Origin: Octopus sinensis
Taxonomy: Eukaryota
Assembly: GCF_006345805.1 (NCBI RefSeq)
Contig: NW_021835082.1
Span: 1 to 42,740 of the forward strand
Reading direction: 5' to 3'
Length of the DNA stretch: 42,740 bases
Of the stretch, positions 34,914 to 42,740 are shown in pieces. The notes under the pieces were generated by a model that worked only from the letters and a program-made list of their open reading frames with translations, was not told the origin of the DNA and made no database searches. The position numbers and the translations under genes were made by a program. The first letter of the stretch is position 1, and every line of letters starts with the position of its first letter.

Positions 34914-36554
34914 GTTCACCGTAGACGAAATTTAAAATATCCGCTACATCAATGCCTGTATTTTCGGTTGATACGCCTAGGCATAAACAGAGCCGAGATC
35001 AGTGAAAAAGTGATGCTATTTTATATACGCATATATTTGTACTTGAAGATCCGGTTCCAAATATCTGATAGCTATACATTTAATAAATGGCTGAATGTTT
35101 CGTTAATGTTTTTATAGTGATGAATAAATATTTATTTGGGTTTATGGTGCGTGTATATGCTTCCGAGTTGTATGTGTCTATTTGTGTAGCAATTTGTATT
35201 TCTTTGGAATTTGGTTTACTGACGTTTCCTCAAGGAAATATACTCGTATGTGATTGTGTATAAGTGGATGGGTACAGGTTAGAGTGATCCAACGGTGTGC
35301 AGATCAATGACTCTGCGATGGACATTTGTTTTTTCAATGATAAAGTGAGAGAGTTAAATGGAGATGAGGTAGTAGTGAGTTTCAATATCGGTAGCCATAT
35401 CTGTCTCTACAGATATCTTTTTAATGAATGGTGTTGTATGACTGAATGGTTATACATAGACACACAAGCACACGTTCGTGTGTGAGTGCACATACTTACA
35501 TACAAAACATACATACATATAACACATTCATGTACACAGATATATAAATATATCATATACACAAATACACATAAATATATATTACATATACCTAAACATA
35601 AATAATATAAATGTATATATGTGTATATGCGTTATATACATGACGATGTATATATATATATAGTATATCTATGCATATATATGTAATATGTTTATATATG
35701 TGTATATATGTATGTGTATATGTATGAGTTATACGTATAGGTGGATAGATACATATATACATACGTTCATACATACATACTAGTGCAGACATACAAAATA
35801 ATTTATTGCACAACAAAAATAAATTATTTTCCCATGATGTTGGTTGCAAAACGATAGTCATCCTATGGATATCAACTGGTGAAATAAATATATTTATCTC
35901 TTACCTCCTGATTTTTTTTTATTATTCTATATACTCCACATGAAATAATCACTGACTAGATTTACTGAATTTCGGTTGCATAGGACTCTATATTACACTC
36001 CTACGTATTGGTTTACTATAAAATTTGTAGCCCGGTCCACTAAGGAAGCCTTTTTATGATTACCACCGTATTATATAGATCCATATGGTATATGATGTAT
36101 ATTATATATATATATATATATATCTGTGTGTGTGTGTGTGTGTGTGTGTGTACAGGTATATGTAATCAACCATAAAAATACCATCTACTAAAAAATATAT
36201 CTGCCACTATAGATTGGACTTGTCATAAAGAAACTAACCTTCACCAGACCTCTCACATTTTTATGTTTTGTCCCTCAATCACTGAAAAACAATACGCATC
36301 GTAGATTTAGACATTTGCGCACCAACTGACCACACAAACACACGGGTCCATTCTCTTATACACATACATATACCCATATACACGTGCACACACACACACA
36401 CACTCATACAAGCACACCCACATATACATATCCATGAAGAAAATCCAATAAAGCAAAATCTAGGGAAATAGAAATTGCCTCATACACACAAAGTTATTAG
36501 TCCAAAAGAAAATTCCATGGGAATCAGATCTCCTCACAAAGCAATCCCCAAAAG

Positions 36555-36566
36555 TATGTATGTATG

Positions 36567-36617
<51 letters not shown>

Positions 36618-36708
36618 ATGTATGTATGTAGTATATGTATGTAGCATGTATGTATGTACGTACGTATGTATGTATGTATGTATGTATGTATGTATGTATG
36701 TATGTATG
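36555..36708. repeat. (TATG)n/(TA)n/(TG)n compound microsatellite
   Basis: Direct reading. Confidence 0.95.
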
Positions 36709-37411
36709 TTGCCATCTTAAATTACGGTCAACTTATTTACACCAACTACACGTTTTGAAACCGATATTTCGTTAGACAATCGTTCTCAGCACGATAAAGA
36801 ACTGCGCGGATTTTGAAAAAACACTCTTCCAACGAGTTTGTAATTTTGGAGAAGAAATTCAAAAAATAATATTCTCCACATTTGGAATTTAAATTGTAAA
36901 CTACATAATTATCTTATAGAACAAAATTCTCTTTCTCACAAGCAAATTTATCGGAAATTTACCTGCATACTAATTATATCGTTAAATCTATTTTTTTAGA
37001 ATGTATAATAGCGCTTCACAGATTGTTTTGCTTTAAATTTTGTTCTATTTAAGTTACAAAAATTATTTTATTTTGTTCAGATTAAAATAGTTTTCTTCCA
37101 CTATTTGGTTTGAATTTAAAAGTATTTCTTTGACTTTAAATTTATCTTATTTCATACTGTTGGTCAATTGTTAATAATTCAAGAATATATTATTATAGCT
37201 TTCTTACATAACCTCACATATTTTCTTACAACATATTATTTAGCCGAAAAGTGATTTCTTAACTATTTATGTCTATCAAATTAGCGACGAAAATACAGAG
37301 TTATTTTATTTAAAATACAGAAGTATTTATTTTATCAGTTCCATAGAATCATCGATATTAAATAAGTGGATAAACTACGTTTCAGTATTTGAGAAGATAG
37401 ATAGATAGATA

Positions 37412-37750
37412 AGTTTCTTTATTGGCCACACAGGGCTGCACACAGATGGGACAAATTACAAGGTAAGAGATGGGTAGAGAAAAGGTATGGGCGAGAGGAT
37501 ACCAAAGTGAGTAGTAGTTTTAGTTGTAAAATTCAAAGTGGATAGAAGAATACATGGATGTCAAATTTCTATAAATAGACGTATGTATGTTAGTGTGAAG
37601 GTAGGAATCAGAGAGAAAGAAAGCCGGTATAATGACATACGTACGCGCGCACACACGTACATATACAAGTGCGCATATACATCATTTATACACACATACA
37701 TACATATATATATATATATATGGATATACACTCACATACATATATATACA

Positions 37751-37789
<39 letters not shown>

Positions 37790-39132
37790 TATATATAATA
37801 CATATATATATACATGCATACTCACGCGCATCCGTAAATGTGTTCATACACGCATATGCGTGCGCATACATATGCTCATACGTACACATACATACGCGCT
37901 GGCGCACACGCGCTTACGCACAGTCACATGCACGAGCGCATACAGCTACATACGTATGCATATATACACATACACACACTCACTCATATATATTTGTATG
38001 TAGATTTTGCAAGTACATATACACACACGTACATATATATATATATACATATGTAAATATATATATATATACATATACCCACATACATTTTCTTTTGTGG
38101 GATGAAAAAAAAAACAAAAAAAACAAAAAAAAGAAACAAAAGAAAGTGGCGTAGGTTTTCGATCAAAAGGGATCGTAAAAGGGGAAAAAGAAAAAAAAAG
38201 AAAAGAAAAGAAAAAAAAGAAAAAAGAAAAAAAGGAAAAGAAAAATAAAAAAGGAAGAAAAAGGAGAAAAAAAGGGGAGAGAAAAAAAACGATCAATAGG
38301 GATCGTGTATCACAGTGTCATGATGTACGGTGTAAAGGGGAAAGCAGATAAGGTTTATCCGTGGGAAGAAAAGCCTACGAAAAAGACCACGGTAACCTCG
38401 GTCAATATTGTTATATGTTACCACATTTGTTTGCAAGTGGGTAACCCTCTATTTTCAATTTCTGGGTTCATAGGATTATGCTCAAGGTGGCTTCGTCATT
38501 CATACGTGCCATCCTTGCTACATTCACCCATCTTTTTTTTAAAACATTCGCTAGACAAAACATGCCTTTCTACTCTCACTTTCCTTTTCAAGTGTTACTT
38601 GAAGAAGTTGATGAAAGATTGACCAGAGAGGAAAGTGTTTGTCTCCAATCCTTTCAGACGCGTCCACCAGATACATTCCTTCGCCATAGCCACAAGGATG
38701 ATAAAAATAGCTCTTCCTTCCCGTTTGAAGGAAGGAGGCGTGACAATATTGACGATAGACTCAGCTGATAAACCGACTCGTCCCACACGTGACAGCAGTT
38801 GTTCGACATAAGCCCACAGGTCGGAAATTGTTGGACACTGCACGAGTGCGTGCAGAACAGTTTCGTCGCTCTGACCGCATCTCGGGCAGGTCGGCCCCGT
38901 GTTTCTCGAGCCGTGTCTGTAGAGCTTATCCCGAACGGGTAGCGCTTCTCGGTAGCACTGCCAGGCCAGGGATCTCTGGAAGTTGTCCATGGGCCCTGGC
39001 CCGAAAGTCGTCCCGAACAGGCGGATCAGGTATTCCTCGTCGACGTCCAGGTTCGCTCTGAGCTCGTCGTCGTACCTCCCCTCCACTAATCCCCTATAGA
39101 ATGCTTTGGTTGTGATGGAGTCACTCAAGGTC
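37412..39132 (-). mobile_element. Tx1/L1-clade LINE, 5'-truncated, 3' UTR interrupted by a 625-bp insert
   Basis: LPVRDKLYRHG..CPRCGQSDETVLHALVQCPTISDLW..MAKECIWWTRLKG (zf-RVT-type region), nonsense codon at FFK*HLKRKVRVER; terminus GCCCTGTGTGGCCAATAAAGAAA at 37412-37436. Confidence 0.9.
37464..38088 (+). repeat. Direct duplicate of 41757-42376
   Basis: Unique part identical by eye except GGCGAGAGG versus GGCGAGGGG; differs otherwise in TA/CA repeat lengths. Confidence 0.95.

Positions 39133-39207
<75 letters not shown>
39133..39207. repeat. (GATA)n microsatellite
   Basis: About 18 perfect units at the 5' junction of the Tx1 copy. Confidence 0.97.
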
Positions 39208-39281
39208 CTCATTAAAATTCCTTCGTATCAGCGTACCAAATGTTTATATTTCATTTGGAACAATAAATTTCCTAAATTTAT

Positions 39282-39328
39282 CTTTCTCGACGTTTCTAGG
39301 TTACATGAGCTCCATCTTCAGAAGGAGG
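39282..39328 (-). ncRNA. Degenerate minimal type I hammerhead (Penelope relic)
   Basis: CTCCTT-CTGAAGA-TGGAGCTCATGTAACCTA-GAAA-CG-TC|GAGAAAG; core intact, stems I and II eroded. Confidence 0.55.
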
Positions 39329-39786
39329 TATGATTTCGGCTTCTTTTCTACCCTTACATTTGTGTTTATTTAAATATTAGGTGTTCACTAAATGATAAAA
39401 GGCGAATGAGGCAGAACATCCTGCAAATGGGAGTGTTACAGCCTGGAAACATTGAAAAGATGAATTTGAGAAATTTATTGTTTAATATATATCTGCCCAA
39501 ATTTGAAACCTATATATGTCTATCAGTTTCAGTGTGTGCATAATTTAAAGGAAAAGAAGTTAAGATAAATAAATCAAAGCGGCAAAAATCAGATTCAATG
39601 TAAAAAGAAAAGACAATTAAACGTTAATCAAAGTATCATGCATTCTGAATTCTTTAGTTGCAATGTAGTAGTTGAGATCAATCCAAATAAGGAGAAGAAA
39701 TATTCTGAAGGATCAAACTGTTGTGTGGACGCACCCAGACGATTAAATAGGCTAGCCCAATACGTAGATATAGTGGGAGAAGCCTA

Positions 39787-40011
39787 TTTCTTTACTACCC
39801 ACAAGGGGCTAAACACAGAGAGGACAAACAAGGACAGACACACGGATTAAGCCGATTATATCGACCCCAGTGCGTAACTGGTATTTAATCGACCCCGAAA
39901 GGATGAAAGGCCAAGTCGACCTCGACGGAATTTGAACTCAGAACGTAGCGGCAGACAAAATACTGCTAAGCATTTCGCCCGGCGTGCTAACGTTTCTGCC
40001 AGCTCGCCGCC
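39787..40011 (-). mobile_element. SINE family A with Tx1-derived tail and 36-bp TSD
   Basis: Head GGCGGCGAGCTGGCAGAAACGTTAG, B box GAGTTCAAATTCC; TSD copies at 39751-39786 and 40014-40049 (2 mismatches). Confidence 0.93.
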
Positions 40012-40605
40012 ATGCTAGCCCAATACGTAGATATAGAGAGAGAAGCCTAGACGTCAATGAGAGAGCAGAGTTGAGTAGTAGAGGCACCAAACGAGCGACA
40101 TAACACAAACATACTTCGAAACTAATAAAAGCAGTTAGCTGGTCTGGTAGCAAAACAATAGTTGTGGCAACTGTTTCTGTATCAATAAGCGTCACCAGCA
40201 TTCCACTAGGCCATAAATGCATCCTACATTTTTTTCTTTGTATATGACTAAGTATCTGGTCTGATGCATTCATAAGACAATGCAGTATTGATGAGTTGAA
40301 CACGTACGCACAGATATTTCCTTGTCTGCGGACAATCAGATTAATTTTTCTTAATGTCTAAGTCAATATCGGAATATTCTTTCTTCTTCTCAATCACTTT
40401 TCATTTGGAATTAATCGTTCTTGTCTCAGTGCAGTAATAAAGCAAGAATTTATCTTGTACTTGAGTTTTATTCATCTTTTTTATATAGATGTGTATGTAT
40501 TTGTGTGTGTGTGTTTGAGTATGTGTGTGTACCTGTGTATGAAAGTTTGTGCGTAAAGTATGTATGTGTACTTATATACACACAGGCGCACACATATTCA
40601 TATAC

Positions 40606-40661
<56 letters not shown>

Positions 40662-40829
40662 AATTAAATAAATATAAAAGAAATTGGGGAAGCGTTTACA
40701 TTGAAATATGTATATATATACACACAGAAGGGCTTTACTACCGAAAAAAAACTGACACTTTTTATTAGGTTCTTAGTATCGCAAATAATAAAATACATAT
40801 GAACGTACACACACACACACATACATACA

Positions 40830-40865
<36 letters not shown>

Positions 40866-41103
40866 TATGTGTGTGTGTGTGTGTGTATGAAAGGTAATGG
40901 TATCTAGAAGACCCAAAGAGGGGCAGGTAACGCTAAGTGCTATGAACAGACCGTACTTAAACTTTGGTTCGATAGTGATACGAGTGAGGAGTCTAATGTA
41001 GGTCTTGTATTAGCATGCATGTATATATTAGACAAATTGAGATAACAAAGCCAAGACTGCGAGGAGTTTTCAGGACATTTATAAGGAGAGAGATATAGAT
41101 AAA

Positions 41104-41151
41104 GTCTTACAGCTCTTTGTGGGATATCATGGATATACCCTCATCAGAGAC
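41104..41151 (-). ncRNA. Degenerate type I hammerhead (Penelope relic)
   Basis: GTCT-CTGATGA-GGG...CCC-A-CAAA-GAGCTG-TA|AGAC; GAAA changed to CAAA, one stem III mismatch. Confidence 0.55.
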
Positions 41152-41756
41152 GATGTAAGTTGGTTAAATAGAGGTAAATATTTGAGTTCGAAATAAGGAT
41201 TTATTATGGAAAAGGAGGAGGTAGGGAATATAGAGGGAAATAAGTGAATGAAAGACGAAATAAAATATAAAATATATGAAGATATTATAGTTTCAGTTCC
41301 ATTATTCTAGGAAAGTGGTGTATAGAAATGGCGCAAAAGCTTCCTGTACATGGTATGTAAGTTCCAATAGTAGTTCATGCTTAGTCATTTCAAAGTATGT
41401 AGCCGTGGATTCTGTGTTGTTCATTCGAAAGTGTCTTGTAGTGTGAAAGAAAATTTCAGAATGTATTGGTAGCATTTGTGGATAGATGAGAGGAAAGAAG
41501 TGCGTATTATTAGAATGAAAAGATATGTCAAAATGAAAGCAGGAAACGAAAATGAGAGGAAGAAAGAAAGAAGAGAAAATGAAAAAAGAAAAAAGGGGAA
41601 ATGGGCGAAAGAAGTGAGAAAAGGAGTGTTAGTTGGTGGTGAAGATAATGTGAGGAGATGATGCGAGAGCAGTGGGGAGGAATAGGAAGAGATGAGAATG
41701 TAAGGAGTAAATAAGTGTGAGATATGTGAGTAGGGGTTGATGTAATAGAGCTGCAT

Positions 41757-42043
41757 TAAGAGATGGGTAGAGAAAAGGTATGGGCGAGGGGATACCAAAG
41801 TGAGTAGTAGTTTTAGTTGTAAAATTCAAAGTGGATAGAAGAATACATGGATGTCAAATTTCTATAAATAGACGTATGTATGTTAGTGTGAAGGTAGGAA
41901 TCAGAGAGAAAGAAAGCCGGTATAATGACATACGTACGCGCGCACACACGTACATATACAAGTGCGCATATACATCATTTATACACACATACATACATAT
42001 ATATATATATATATGGATATACACTCACATACATATATATACA

Positions 42044-42086
<43 letters not shown>

Positions 42087-42376
42087 CATATATATATACA
42101 TGCATACTCACGCGCATCCGTAAATGTGTTCATACACGCATATGCGTGCGCATACATATGCTCATACGTACACACATACATACGCGCTGGCGCACACGCG
42201 CTTACGCACAGTCACATGCACGAGCGCATACAGCTACATACGTATGCATATATACACATACACACACTCACTCATATATATTTGTATGTAGATTTTGCAA
42301 GTACATATACACACACATACATATATATATATATACATATGTAAATATATATATATATACATATACCCACATACAT
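41757..42376 (+). repeat. Source copy of the segment duplicated at 37464-38088
   Basis: Continues seamlessly into flanking purine-rich and TA-rich sequence on both sides, unlike the other copy. Confidence 0.9.
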
Positions 42377-42740
42377 ATACATACATACACAAATATACAT
42401 GCACGCACCTTTACACAAACGTGTATCCGCTGCATGTCCATATATGTAGTATTAAATGATTGAGATCCTTAATGTAAGATAGGGGAGTTCAAAAATTAAA
42501 GATTAAAAATTAAAATGAAGATAAAGGAAAGTTAAGTAGGATTATTGGGGATGACGTAAGGGAGGTTGTGGATATTTGCTGTGTGGTTATTGAGGTTGCA
42601 TTTAGACATGTGGTAAAATTGGAAGGTATGAGAAAAGCGTTAGTTGCATGTACTTAAAGCCCCATTATATTTATTTAGTAGCGTCGAGAAATCGCGTTTT
42701 AATATGTGGAATGTCTCTTTTAGGCATAACTTACAGGCTA

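Noticed and set aside
37538-38154. Long H/I/Y/T-rich ORFs (also 41831-42463, 81-281 and many others)
   Set aside because: Translations of TA/CA microsatellites, open in several frames on both strands.

Overview
AT-rich eukaryotic DNA, dense in microsatellites and repeats. The two tRNA-derived SINE families look to me like those of Octopus (from recall, not a search). No host protein-coding gene can be identified with confidence; most ORFs in the track are translations of simple repeats or broken retrotransposon ORFs. Contents: (i) a full-length but frameshifted R4/Dong-clade RLE LINE (4485-8519, minus) plus many fragments, arranged as head-to-tail chains joined by (TAA)n; (ii) a ~550-bp non-coding element with the same (TAA)n context; (iii) Tx1/L1-clade and RTE LINE fragments; (iv) over 15 SINE copies, one ending in a Tx1-derived 3' tail and flanked by a 36-bp TSD; (v) a maT/DD37D remnant, a Tc1 remnant and a non-autonomous Helitron; (vi) Penelope-type hammerhead ribozyme motifs. 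The most striking observation is two diverged copies of an inverted-repeat element (26231-26800, 28968-29757). Each carries a hammerhead ribozyme whose three junction strands are in a non-circularly permuted order, supported by compensatory base changes between the copies. A recent 625-bp local duplication also sits inside a Tx1 3' UTR. All alignments and pairings were done by eye.
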